The notes below the pieces were generated by a model. It was not told the origin of the DNA. It made no database searches and saw only the letters and a list, made by a program, of their open reading frames with translations. Shown one piece after another: positions 1 to 8,657 of a stretch of 32,000 nt of DNA (positions are counted from its first letter, which is position 1; the number at the start of each line of letters is the position of its first letter). Location: positions 1 to 32,000 of the forward strand of contig JAJRZD010000016.1 of NCBI GenBank assembly GCA_024275415.1. The letters are read 5' to 3'. The position numbers and the translations under genes were made by a program. The DNA comes from an archaeon (GTDB taxonomy: Archaea > Asgardarchaeota > Thorarchaeia > Thorarchaeales > Thorarchaeaceae).

Positions 1-123
1 AAGACTTTTGTGACCTCCTCGGTGAAGTCAATCAGTTGTCGCAGACGCTTCACAAACACGGATATGATATGTGCCTTCTAACCACTAGTTAGTGGAGTGT
101 AATAGGTTATCTAATCCATGATA

Positions 124-552
124 CTACTCTAACAACCCGCGGTCCCTGAGCCAGGGCTCTGCAATCTGCCTCACCCGTTCCGCAAGTGGACCTGAGCCGT
201 CAACCCCTTCAGGTGATATGCGTATTTTATTCATGACGATAATAATCCCGGTGTCTTGATGGTAGACAATACCGCCAGGGGGGAATTGTTTTTCGAGTTC
301 TCTGGCGAGTCCCTCGATACTGACCTCTTTCTCGGAAACGGAGAAGGAAACGATGCTTGGTCCATAGATGAACATCTTGGGGACGACTGCATCACCTGTG
401 ACTTCCTCAAGCACGATGCTGAGGGAGTTCTGGTCGATGCCGATCAAGGTACCGGCATAGTTCTTTCCATTCGTCAACTCGACCTCGACGGTCGCTCCGA
501 CAACCGCTGCCATCTCGCGGTTGAAGGCTCTCATTGCTGCGACATCTGACAT
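124..552 (-). CDS. Augmented Sm-like archaeal protein (SmAP3 type: Sm/Lsm domain + C-terminal Lsm_C domain)
   Basis: Sm1/Sm2-like core (VEVELTNGKNYAGTLIGID..IVLEEV..KMFIYGPSI) followed by a C-terminal domain (ELEKQFP..KIRISPEGVDGSGPLAERVR) closely recalling Pyrobaculum SmAP3. The ORF track starts at 666. The ATG at 552 is preferred because GGTGA and AAGGA lie just upstream. Confidence 0.85.
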   Translation of the reverse strand: MSDVAAMRAFNREMAAVVGATVEVELTNGKNYAGTLIGIDQNSLSIVLEEVTGDAVVPKMFIYGPSIVSFSVSEKEVSIEGLARELEKQFPPGGIVYHQDTGIIIVMNKIRISPEGVDGSGPLAERVRQIAEPWLRDRGLLE

Positions 553-730
553 TCCTTTTCTCACCTTCAAAGTAAAAGTGCAAACTATCTCAGTCGCGAG
601 GGTTACCCGTTTTAAAAGCTCTGTTAAGACGGCAGCCTGAGGATCACAGGAGGATTGATATCCCACTGCACCAATAGAGGAGAATATCTTAGTCCTGCCT
701 TCGTAAGTCCCTACTATCTAGCATATGATT

Positions 731-1705
731 TCACTGTTTTGAATGACTTGGGATCCTTTGCATATATGGATGCAAGAGCGTATGGGCAACCTCTTGCTGC
801 ATACTACGAGTTCTCCAATCCTTGCTGATGTCTTTCTGTATCACCTCGTAGGACGATGCGTGTCGGATGGAGCCTACTGCCTCCAAGATATGCCGTTTCA
901 CCTTCTCATTTGATGTGTTGAGCAGGAGAGGGTGGAGGACTTGGAGTGCGCGTGAGTCCCGAAGACTTCCGAGATATTTGATAGATTGCTTCCTGCGGTT
1001 CCTACCGGCAGCGCTCGCACAGAGCATGTTCCAGAGGAGGTCGCGCATATCGCCCGACACCCTGCCAAAAGCTGTTTTTGAATACTTGAGTTGTCTGGGA
1101 TTGATGGCGAGGTTCTTGCCGAACTGTATTGCAAGGTCTGTGAAGCCATCGACTGCCTTGCCTGCAGCACCAGATTCGTCTGTTCCTATGCTTCCTTGAG
1201 TCAAAATCATGAACCCGTAGTAAGTGGAATAGACATCGGTAAGAGGTGGGCTGTCTTCCAACCTCAGTATCTGTCTTTCTCGCACTTCGAAGATCTTCGG
1301 GATGAGAACCGCAAGAATGGGGATATCTGCCATCTTGGTTACGTCCAAGAAGAAGGTGTTGCCTTTCCTGATCTGATCTCGCATCGTTCTCACGGCGACT
1401 GGGAGTGCCTCTTGCTGAAGGTCATCCACTGTCTGAGAAGAAAGGTCATCGAATAGTATTGTAAGGTCGCCATCCAGTCCCTGTAACAGGTGCAAGTGTA
1501 GCAATTCGACGATGGCATCCCGTACCATGCCCCTAGTCATCCCGGAGGATGGATTCTCTTCTAACCTGAACCTGAGGTGGTCTGTCAGAGAACACCACGA
1601 AAAGCACTCAATGAACCTGTTCACAAGTGTGATAAGACTCACATAGTCACGCTCGACAATCTTGTCACAGATGCTGTTCAGCATGTGAATGTTGTCCTGC
1701 ATCAT
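731..1705 (-). CDS. HEAT-repeat (alpha-solenoid) protein, function unknown
   Basis: Helical 324-aa ORF with C-terminal HEAT/PBS-lyase-like repeats (IKYLGSLRDSRALQVLHPLL; ILEAVGSIRHASSYEVI). The true start may be the ATG at 1684. Confidence 0.6.
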   Translation of the reverse strand: MMQDNIHMLNSICDKIVERDYVSLITLVNRFIECFSWCSLTDHLRFRLEENPSSGMTRGMVRDAIVELLHLHLLQGLDGDLTILFDDLSSQTVDDLQQEALPVAVRTMRDQIRKGNTFFLDVTKMADIPILAVLIPKIFEVRERQILRLEDSPPLTDVYSTYYGFMILTQGSIGTDESGAAGKAVDGFTDLAIQFGKNLAINPRQLKYSKTAFGRVSGDMRDLLWNMLCASAAGRNRRKQSIKYLGSLRDSRALQVLHPLLLNTSNEKVKRHILEAVGSIRHASSYEVIQKDISKDWRTRSMQQEVAHTLLHPYMQRIPSHSKQ

Positions 1706-1797
1706 CAGTCTGCCCTCAAAGGAATCTTCATGGAGCCAATGTATGAAATATCGTTTTTATCTCCTACCATCATCGTTGTTTTAGAGGGGTTCAATAC

Positions 1798-2187
1798 GTG
1801 GTAGTGACATGGATGGTGTTCCTGTTTCACCGGTGCATAGATAAACGTTTGAAGTGGTATGGTCATGAGGTCACATCTTTGGAGTCCCGGCGGGCAGTGG
1901 TCATTTCTTTCTTGTTTTTCTTGGTACCAATTGTAGTGTTGGCTGTTTTCTTCCCAAATGGCTGGGAGTTGGAATTCGAGCTCGCCCTCATGGTGATATC
2001 GTTCTCAGGACTTTTTGTTATGCTCTATATCATAAGCACGAGAGGATCACACAACCTGACCTCCTACTATCGTCCACGACCTTCACAGCATTTCTGCCTA
2101 TCATGTAACTTCCCGTACGCATCAGTTAGGAACGAAGTATGCGCTAACTGCGGATCATCTCTTCGTCTTGAGAGGACGGAACCATAG
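1798..2187 (+). CDS. Small membrane protein with C-terminal zinc ribbon
   Basis: Two hydrophobic segments followed by CLSC-x9-CANC. Confidence 0.6.
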   Translation: MVVTWMVFLFHRCIDKRLKWYGHEVTSLESRRAVVISFLFFLVPIVVLAVFFPNGWELEFELALMVISFSGLFVMLYIISTRGSHNLTSYYRPRPSQHFCLSCNFPYASVRNEVCANCGSSLRLERTEP

Positions 2188-2301
2188 CATCCTCAAAGGT
2201 AAGATTTCCCAGACGCTATAGAAAATAACGACGCCTTTGATTGGGCAATCCACATATCCATACGGAATGGATTATTAGTATCCTCTAATCGAGAATGAAT
2301 T

Positions 2302-3144
2302 GTGAACACATTGACCTCTGCCGAACGAAAGCATTTTGCATTGCAGTATCTTCGAGAAGATATTTTGGAAACCGCGTTTTGTCCTGGCTGCGGGAACGGG
2401 ATTCTGACGAACTCGTTCTTGAAGGCAGTGCATGACCTTGGGCATGAGGATCTTAGCGAGTTCGCATTCGTATCTGGGATTGGCTGCAGTGCGTGGATTC
2501 CGTCCCCCTACTTCAATGCAGACACGCTTCATACGACGCATGGACGTGCGATTGCCTTTGCCACAGGTCTGAAACTAGCGAACCCTGACTTGAGGGTGGT
2601 CGTGATATCAGGGGATGGTGACTTGGCAACAATTGGCGGGAATCATCTCATCCATGCTGCACGACGTAATGTCGATATGACTGTGATATGCAGCAACAAC
2701 TACAACTACGGGATGACTGGGGGGCAGGTCAGTGCGACCACGTTTATGGGCGATACGACCTCGACCACGCCGTACGGGAACCCAGAACGCCCCTTCGACA
2801 TATCCCGATTAGTCGCAGCAGCAGGAGCAAACTATGTGGCACGATGGACTACAGCACACCCGATTCAAGCAGCCCGCTCGATGCGAATTGCCCTCCAACG
2901 GAAAGGCTTCTCTTTCATTGAGATGCTGACCCAGTGTCCTACCGCATATGGGCGAAGGGCAAAGATTGGCGATGCCCTGAAATTCTTGGAATGGTTCAAA
3001 TCGCTCCCGATACGGAAGGCTGACGAACCCATCACATACAAGGTTCCCTCAAAAGATGGCATGGACTTGGGGGTGTTCGCAGACCGGGAGGAACCTGGAC
3101 TATTGGAAGTCATGAAGCAGACCTTTGCAGGATTGAGGGAGTGA
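2302..3144 (+). CDS. korB: 2-oxoacid:ferredoxin oxidoreductase beta subunit (TPP-binding, KorB-like)
   Basis: FCPGCG, SGIGCS, HTTHGRA, GDGD...N TPP motif, YGMTGGQ. Substrate specificity cannot be determined from sequence. Confidence 0.9.
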   Translation: MNTLTSAERKHFALQYLREDILETAFCPGCGNGILTNSFLKAVHDLGHEDLSEFAFVSGIGCSAWIPSPYFNADTLHTTHGRAIAFATGLKLANPDLRVVVISGDGDLATIGGNHLIHAARRNVDMTVICSNNYNYGMTGGQVSATTFMGDTTSTTPYGNPERPFDISRLVAAAGANYVARWTTAHPIQAARSMRIALQRKGFSFIEMLTQCPTAYGRRAKIGDALKFLEWFKSLPIRKADEPITYKVPSKDGMDLGVFADREEPGLLEVMKQTFAGLRE

Positions 3145-3148
3145 TGTC

Positions 3149-3682
3149 ATGAGAATCGAGGTTCGGATTGCCGGGACTGGTGGGATGGGTGCTGTATTGG
3201 CTGGAGTCGTCCTTGGGCATGCTGCGGTGAAGGCAGGGTTGAACGCTGTGCAGAGCCAGAGCTACGGGTCTGAGGCGAGGGGCACGGCTGCCAAGAGTGA
3301 GGTTATCATTAGTGATGGCGACATCCATTACCCAAAGGTCCGCAAATCTGACATTCTTGTCGCGATGAGCCAGAAGGCATTAGACTTGTATCTATCTGAT
3401 GCAAAGGGCGGGAGCACAGTCATCATCGATCCCGACCTTGTGGATGCAACAAGTGTGAGCGGGGATTTCATAGTACAGACCGTCCCTGCGATGAGGACTG
3501 CAGATAAGATAGGGTTGAGGCTTGTGTCGAACATGGTCATGCTTGGCGCCATCATAAAGAATGTTGGCACGATTCCTGACGAGGCTCTTGAAGCAGCTGT
3601 CAAGGCATCTGTTCCAGCACGGTATCTCGATATCAATATGAATGCAATTCATGTCGGGGCTGAGTTCATTCAACCCCCATGA
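3149..3682 (+). CDS. korC: 2-oxoacid:ferredoxin oxidoreductase gamma subunit (KorC-like)
   Basis: IRIAGTGGMG, QSYGSEARG, NMVMLGA. Starts 4 nt after korB. Confidence 0.88.
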   Translation: MRIEVRIAGTGGMGAVLAGVVLGHAAVKAGLNAVQSQSYGSEARGTAAKSEVIISDGDIHYPKVRKSDILVAMSQKALDLYLSDAKGGSTVIIDPDLVDATSVSGDFIVQTVPAMRTADKIGLRLVSNMVMLGAIIKNVGTIPDEALEAAVKASVPARYLDINMNAIHVGAEFIQPP

Positions 3683-3948
3683 ATCAACGGCAGGATAACA
3701 ATCTCATCGCCTTCCTTGACTATCGTATCCAATCCATCAAGCAACCCTATGTCCTTCCCGTTCTTGAGCAGTAATGCTTCTCTATCCATCTGTTCGGTGG
3801 TCTGCCACACCTCTTTTGCTTCAGGTACATCAGAAAGTGCCTTTTCTAGGATTGCCTGTAATGTGGAAGTCCCTTTGATCCCTATCTCGATACAATCACC
3901 CGGAATCTTTGTGGAGAGAGTCCCTCGGAATCTTATTCGTATTGTCAT
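3670..3948 (-). CDS. MoaD/ThiS/Urm1-family ubiquitin-like sulfur carrier (SAMP-like)
   Basis: Beta-grasp pattern with LLKNGKDIGLLDGLDTIVKEGDEIVILPLIHGG C-terminus. The ATG at 3948 is preceded by GGTGA (ORF track starts at 3978). Confidence 0.85.
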   Translation of the reverse strand: MTIRIRFRGTLSTKIPGDCIEIGIKGTSTLQAILEKALSDVPEAKEVWQTTEQMDREALLLKNGKDIGLLDGLDTIVKEGDEIVILPLIHGG

Positions 3949-4043
3949 TCTGTTCGTTCTCACCTTGATGTGTCCCATGTGATAAAGTGAACGGAATGAC
4001 TTTGGCTGGCAGAAGTGGAAACACTAATAGACCCCCATAATCC

Positions 4044-5525
4044 GTGCCAGCCATTCACAACGATAGGAGTCCGTCATGCATGAGCCGGCTAGCGAGAGTT
4101 TTTGGATTAGGGGACGCCTCAGAGGCAGGCCTTCAACTAGCCAAGACACTGGCAGTGCTCCTACCTGCGTTCGCAATAGTATTTCAGGTTTCGACCACAT
4201 TCTGGGTCATATTCATCGCAGAAACCCTTGGAAATGGTAGTTACATCGATGGGATTGCGTTTGTCAGTTTTCTAGTTGTGGTACAGCTTGTTGTTCAAAC
4301 AATACTCGACTATCCGACTGGTGCTCTTGGTGACCATATAGGTCACAGATGGGTGATCGCATCAGCCCTTGTATGCTATGGCCTGGCATTCTGGTTGACA
4401 TCCATGCTGACATACGCCACCGAGTTTCCCGTTTATGTGGTAATCTACGCACTGATGGGAATCGGCGCCTCACAGGAAAGTGGTGCATTCCATGCATGGT
4501 TCGACAACAACTATCGCGTTGCTATGCCTCACGACACGGATCGAAAGACATACGGCGTGTTCTGGGGCAAGGTCGGCTTTATCTGGCAGATTTCATCGAC
4601 ATTGGTTCTTATCCCTGGGAGCATTGTCGCCACCATATTCCTCCGTGAATTGGTCTTTCAGATGCAGGCCATTGCAAGCATTGTCTTGGCTGGGTTCGTC
4701 GTCTTTACAGTGAAGGATCTTCCTGGTGCTCAACCCAGCTCAGAATCCAAGACTTTCAAGGAGTACATTGCGCTCATGAAAGATGGTGTGCGATTCCTTT
4801 TCTCAAGCAGGTTCGTGTCGTTCATTCTCTTTGGAGAGATCCTATTATGGTCACTTGGATTTCTCTGGTGGATGTTGGTATTGTTCCCTCTCTACTTCGC
4901 CTACCTGTTCAACGACCTCGCCGTGTCGACGTTCAGGACAATGATTTTCTTTCCTCAGGCAATAGGTCAGGAACGAAGCGGTGTCCTCGCAAAGCGATTC
5001 GACCCGATAAAATGGACACCTCGCTTTCGCGCCCTGCAATTCATGGGCGTGCTTTTCAATCTCCTTATGGCCTTGGTCATTGCGTTCTTTCCCCCACCGC
5101 TTGATTCCGCAAATATGGTTCGCCTGTACCTCTTTGATATCCTACTGATCGAGTTGCCCGAGCAATCGGTTCTTCCGGTGGCATTGTTCTTCATAATTTT
5201 CGTTGTGACTGATTTTTTAGGCGCTATTGCAAATATCTTGAACCAACGAGTAATGCTAGATGTGATTCCTAACAGGATCCGTAACAGCATCTATTCTCTC
5301 CAACCAACGATTGCAATGATCATAGCAATTCCGTTTCTCGTCCTTGTCGGATGGTTATTACCAAACACGGGATTCCCACCCACATTTGGTTTGATGGCGG
5401 TCGTCGGCCTGCTGGGAACCATACTGATTGCCAATGGTTTCAGGGAGCCAAAGCCTGAGCCTGCAGCTCTTGTCCCTGCCGACACCGAAGACATCGATTC
5501 GTTAGAAGACATTGGCGTCACATGA
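4044..5525 (+). CDS. Major facilitator superfamily transporter
   Basis: About 12 hydrophobic segments and MFS motif A-like PTGALGDHIGHR. Likely start is the ATG at 4080. Confidence 0.85.
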   Translation: MPAIHNDRSPSCMSRLARVFGLGDASEAGLQLAKTLAVLLPAFAIVFQVSTTFWVIFIAETLGNGSYIDGIAFVSFLVVVQLVVQTILDYPTGALGDHIGHRWVIASALVCYGLAFWLTSMLTYATEFPVYVVIYALMGIGASQESGAFHAWFDNNYRVAMPHDTDRKTYGVFWGKVGFIWQISSTLVLIPGSIVATIFLRELVFQMQAIASIVLAGFVVFTVKDLPGAQPSSESKTFKEYIALMKDGVRFLFSSRFVSFILFGEILLWSLGFLWWMLVLFPLYFAYLFNDLAVSTFRTMIFFPQAIGQERSGVLAKRFDPIKWTPRFRALQFMGVLFNLLMALVIAFFPPPLDSANMVRLYLFDILLIELPEQSVLPVALFFIIFVVTDFLGAIANILNQRVMLDVIPNRIRNSIYSLQPTIAMIIAIPFLVLVGWLLPNTGFPPTFGLMAVVGLLGTILIANGFREPKPEPAALVPADTEDIDSLEDIGVT

Positions 5526-5533
5526 ATTATATA

Positions 5534-6487
5534 TTACAGACCTAGTGACTGTTTCAAGACCTCGTAGTTGACCTTTCCTGCTTTATGAACCTCTCCTGTC
5601 GTGATGTTGTTGATTGTGATTTCAGCTGGACTGAACAGGAGCGGGTCTACCTTGTAGAAGTCGAACTTGAAACTCTTGAACAGGTCATAGAATGGCTTCC
5701 CGTACTGGTCAGATGATGACGAGGGCGCCTTTTTCGTCAATTCCTCAAGGTCATCGCCTTCGCCAGGACGGATATAGTAGTATGTCTGTCCCGCGTACAG
5801 GATGCAGTCATTTGTCACTCCCATCGCTCTTGTGTCTTTCTTGGCCACAGGTGCAACGGGTGCTACGCCATGGGCATTACGGATTTTCTTGGGGTCGTAC
5901 CCCAACTCATGGAGCTTGTGTACTCCCACCTCGACCACTCGTGCTGAGATCTGGACAGATCCCACCTTGCATGCCGTGGGTGCTACAACACAATAGAGAT
6001 CCTTGGTATCAATACCACACTTCCGTGCGAGCTTGTCGGTGACTCTCTCATCCGGCGGGGTTCTTGTTTCAAGCACAGCAACACCGACGCTTGCATCATC
6101 ATTGTACTCGATTTCCTCATAGAGCTTCTCGACTTTTGCCAGTGCTCTCGCTGGCCCCGAAACCATTGCGAAATACTCCCCAGTCTTGAATGCCCAGCCC
6201 GCATATTGTGACCCGAGAGCTGCAATAGTCGGTTGGTCAGTTGATACGATGACCGAGGGCAATGTTATGCCGTCGATGTCCACAGTGGACATACGAACCG
6301 TGCCGAGTCCTCCCATACACACTTCGCCGACCAGCCTGCCCAGCTCGTCAGTCCCCTCGGTTTCGATTCCAGCATCCAGTATTGTTGCTCCATTCTCCAG
6401 CTGTGAGATGATACAGCCGAGTTCCTCCTTTCGCTCAATTATCTCATCTATTATCTCCTTTGCCTTCTCATTGACACTGACATTCAT
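5534..6487 (-). CDS. mch: Methenyltetrahydromethanopterin cyclohydrolase
   Basis: EVCMGGL, LGSQYAGW, MVSGPARAL, GSVQISARVVEVGVHK, TNDCILYAG, PSSSSDQYGKPF, FYKVDPLLFSPA. Confidence 0.95.
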   Translation of the reverse strand: MNVSVNEKAKEIIDEIIERKEELGCIISQLENGATILDAGIETEGTDELGRLVGEVCMGGLGTVRMSTVDIDGITLPSVIVSTDQPTIAALGSQYAGWAFKTGEYFAMVSGPARALAKVEKLYEEIEYNDDASVGVAVLETRTPPDERVTDKLARKCGIDTKDLYCVVAPTACKVGSVQISARVVEVGVHKLHELGYDPKKIRNAHGVAPVAPVAKKDTRAMGVTNDCILYAGQTYYYIRPGEGDDLEELTKKAPSSSSDQYGKPFYDLFKSFKFDFYKVDPLLFSPAEITINNITTGEVHKAGKVNYEVLKQSLGL

Positions 6488-6502
6488 TCTTCAAACCGTC
6501 CT

Positions 6503-7357
6503 TTAGTGAAGATGCCCATTCTGGGCGGTTCTGACATAGATCTCCTGCTTTGGTGTTCCTTCTGCAAGGTCTCCCATGAACTTGGTCCATTTCTCAGTTA
6601 CGGGGACAGGCTCCTTCAGGAAATCAGGCCTTCGAGACCTCAGATACCTCAGATAGTAGTTTGTGAACTCCCTTTCGGAAACCCCGCTGAAGAGATATGT
6701 CGGCATGAGAGATTCGAGCCTTCCTAGGACGAAGACCATGCCCTTTGTGGCGCTCACGCCTATTCGCTCAGCGACATTCCCGCAGACTATGATGGTGCCT
6801 CCTTTCATCTTGGATGCTGCCAGCTCGTCCACGTTCCCCCTGACCGCGATGAACCCCTTCCGCATATGTGATGCCATCTCCCGCCCCACATTACCAGCCA
6901 CATAGACTCTCCCACCGGACATCCCCTCTATACTCCCTCTATATCCTGCACAAAGGCGGTCTCCGGCATCTCCCTCTATCTGGATGTTCCCTCCTTGCAT
7001 CTCAGCTGCGGCCCATGCCCCTACGGATCCCTTGACATGTATCCTTCCTGCTATCATCTCAGCTCCGAGATACATACCTACATCCCCTTCAACAGTGATC
7101 CTGCCACCGTTCATCCCTTTTCCTATCATCTTCACCTTTCTAAGGTCGCCAGAAACGTGAATCTCGGTAGCATCGGGAGAATCCCCCGTTTCCCCTGACA
7201 CCTCAAAGAAATCGCTAATCTGAAGGGTCTGGTTCCCTTGGATGACAGGTAGCTTCTTGATGTCTGCAAGGGATTTCCCTGCAAAGTGGGATGGTGTGAT
7301 GGTGTCTGCCTCTATGGGCAAGTCCAGCTCTTGGGTAAGGTTCAGTCGCACAGTCAT
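6503..7357 (-). CDS. fwdC: Formylmethanofuran dehydrogenase subunit C
   Basis: PIEADTITP N-terminus, repeated GXGXG beta-helix units (GDVGMYLGAEM, GDAGDRL..GYRG), LMPTY. Confidence 0.9.
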   Translation of the reverse strand: MTVRLNLTQELDLPIEADTITPSHFAGKSLADIKKLPVIQGNQTLQISDFFEVSGETGDSPDATEIHVSGDLRKVKMIGKGMNGGRITVEGDVGMYLGAEMIAGRIHVKGSVGAWAAAEMQGGNIQIEGDAGDRLCAGYRGSIEGMSGGRVYVAGNVGREMASHMRKGFIAVRGNVDELAASKMKGGTIIVCGNVAERIGVSATKGMVFVLGRLESLMPTYLFSGVSEREFTNYYLRYLRSRRPDFLKEPVPVTEKWTKFMGDLAEGTPKQEIYVRTAQNGHLH

Positions 7358-7461
7358 TGGTCTGACCAGCGACAGTCATTACATATGTCCATAATAAACA
7401 CTATGGCGGAACAGAGAAATGGGGGAAGTGTATCACTGTTCTACTATCAAGGTGAAAAAAT

Positions 7462-8358
7462 ATGGAGATCAATGGCGTCCCCATCGAGGACACGTTCGCT
7501 GAAGCTTTTAGCATGCACATGAACCGTACCCTGATAACAGCGTATGACGAGGAATGGGCCCGCATAACGGCAATGGAAACGACAGGATTCGGGACTTCTG
7601 TCATCATGACCCCGTCCGAAGCAGGCATCGAGTATGTCCTATCGCCCGATGAAACCCCTGATGGACGACCCGGTGTACGTGTGATATTTGCTACAGCAAA
7701 ATCGGACAAACTCGAGAAACAACTTCTTGCACGGATCGGTCAATGCATCCTTACCAGTCCCACTGCCTGCGCATATGATGCAACTCCGAAACCCAAGGAA
7801 ACCTACAAGATTGGGAAACTCATCGCTATGTTCGGCGACGGACACCAGATAAAGAAGGGGCCTATTGACGGCCGTATCCTGTGGCTGGTCCCGCGCATGA
7901 GCGGCACCTTCGTTGTCCAAGAGAGCTTTGGGCGTACAAAAGGAGTTGCCGGCGGGAATATAATTTACTGCTGCAAAGATATCCAGAGCGGAATGGAGAG
8001 TGGCAAGGCTGCCGTCAAGGCGATTGAGAAGGTGGAAGGTGCCTATACACCCTTCCCCGGTGGACTGGTAGGCTCAGGATCGAAACCGTCTTCACGGTAT
8101 AAGGGTATGTTCGCATCCACGAATGAACGCTATTGTCCGACACTCAGGGCAATCACACCCGATACGCTGGTTCCCGAAGGTGCTGAGTTCGTCCAAGAAA
8201 TCGTCATCAACGGGCTGACTGAGGATGCAGTCGCTGAAGCAATGAAAGTGGCAATCCAAGAAGTCTGCAAGCATGATGGCATCCTCACCGTAGGCGCTGG
8301 CAACTATGGCGGGAAACTGGGCAAGTATCAGATCCACCTGCACGAACTGGGTCTCTAG
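7462..8358 (+). CDS. ftr: Formylmethanofuran:tetrahydromethanopterin N-formyltransferase
   Basis: MEINGVPIEDTFAEAF, TGFGTSVIM, TPDGRPG, RIGQCILT.PT, GVAGGN, GNYGGKLG. GGTGA SD upstream. Confidence 0.95.
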   Translation: MEINGVPIEDTFAEAFSMHMNRTLITAYDEEWARITAMETTGFGTSVIMTPSEAGIEYVLSPDETPDGRPGVRVIFATAKSDKLEKQLLARIGQCILTSPTACAYDATPKPKETYKIGKLIAMFGDGHQIKKGPIDGRILWLVPRMSGTFVVQESFGRTKGVAGGNIIYCCKDIQSGMESGKAAVKAIEKVEGAYTPFPGGLVGSGSKPSSRYKGMFASTNERYCPTLRAITPDTLVPEGAEFVQEIVINGLTEDAVAEAMKVAIQEVCKHDGILTVGAGNYGGKLGKYQIHLHELGL

Positions 8359-8419
8359 CACCAATCCTCTTCGAAAACTTTATCTCCCGTAATCAGTCGC
8401 ACTCGTACGTACCACACAA

Positions 8420-8497
8420 GCCCCTGTAGCTCAGACCGGTTAGACCGCCTCCTTGGTAAGGAGGAAGCCGCGGGTTCAAATCCCGCCAGGGGCTCCA
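8420..8497 (+). tRNA. tRNA-Thr(GGT)
   Basis: Cloverleaf read by hand: acceptor GCCCCTG/CAGGGGC, anticodon arm CCTCC-TTGGTAA-GGAGG (GGT at 8455-8457), T arm GCGGG-TTCAAAT-CCCGC, U73, encoded CCA. Confidence 0.95.
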
Positions 8498-8657
8498 TCG
8501 AGCTTTCTTCTTCGAGTTGCTTCAGACTGATCTGTAGATTCCTATTCTAGGAGCTTATCACTAGATTCTCGTGACTAATAATCGGATTAGATATATCACT
8601 GAGCATGGGATAAATAAAGATGCGTCCATTTTATAGCAACTGATAATTCTCAGGACT

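Noticed and set aside
1-90. Possible 3' end of a plus-strand gene at the window start
   Set aside because: It is too short (about 29 codons) to support a call.
8591-8598. GATATATC upstream of the LAGLIDADG gene as a third copy of the metal-cluster operator
   Set aside because: The right half-site is absent. It is more likely a TATA-like or chance AT-rich palindrome.
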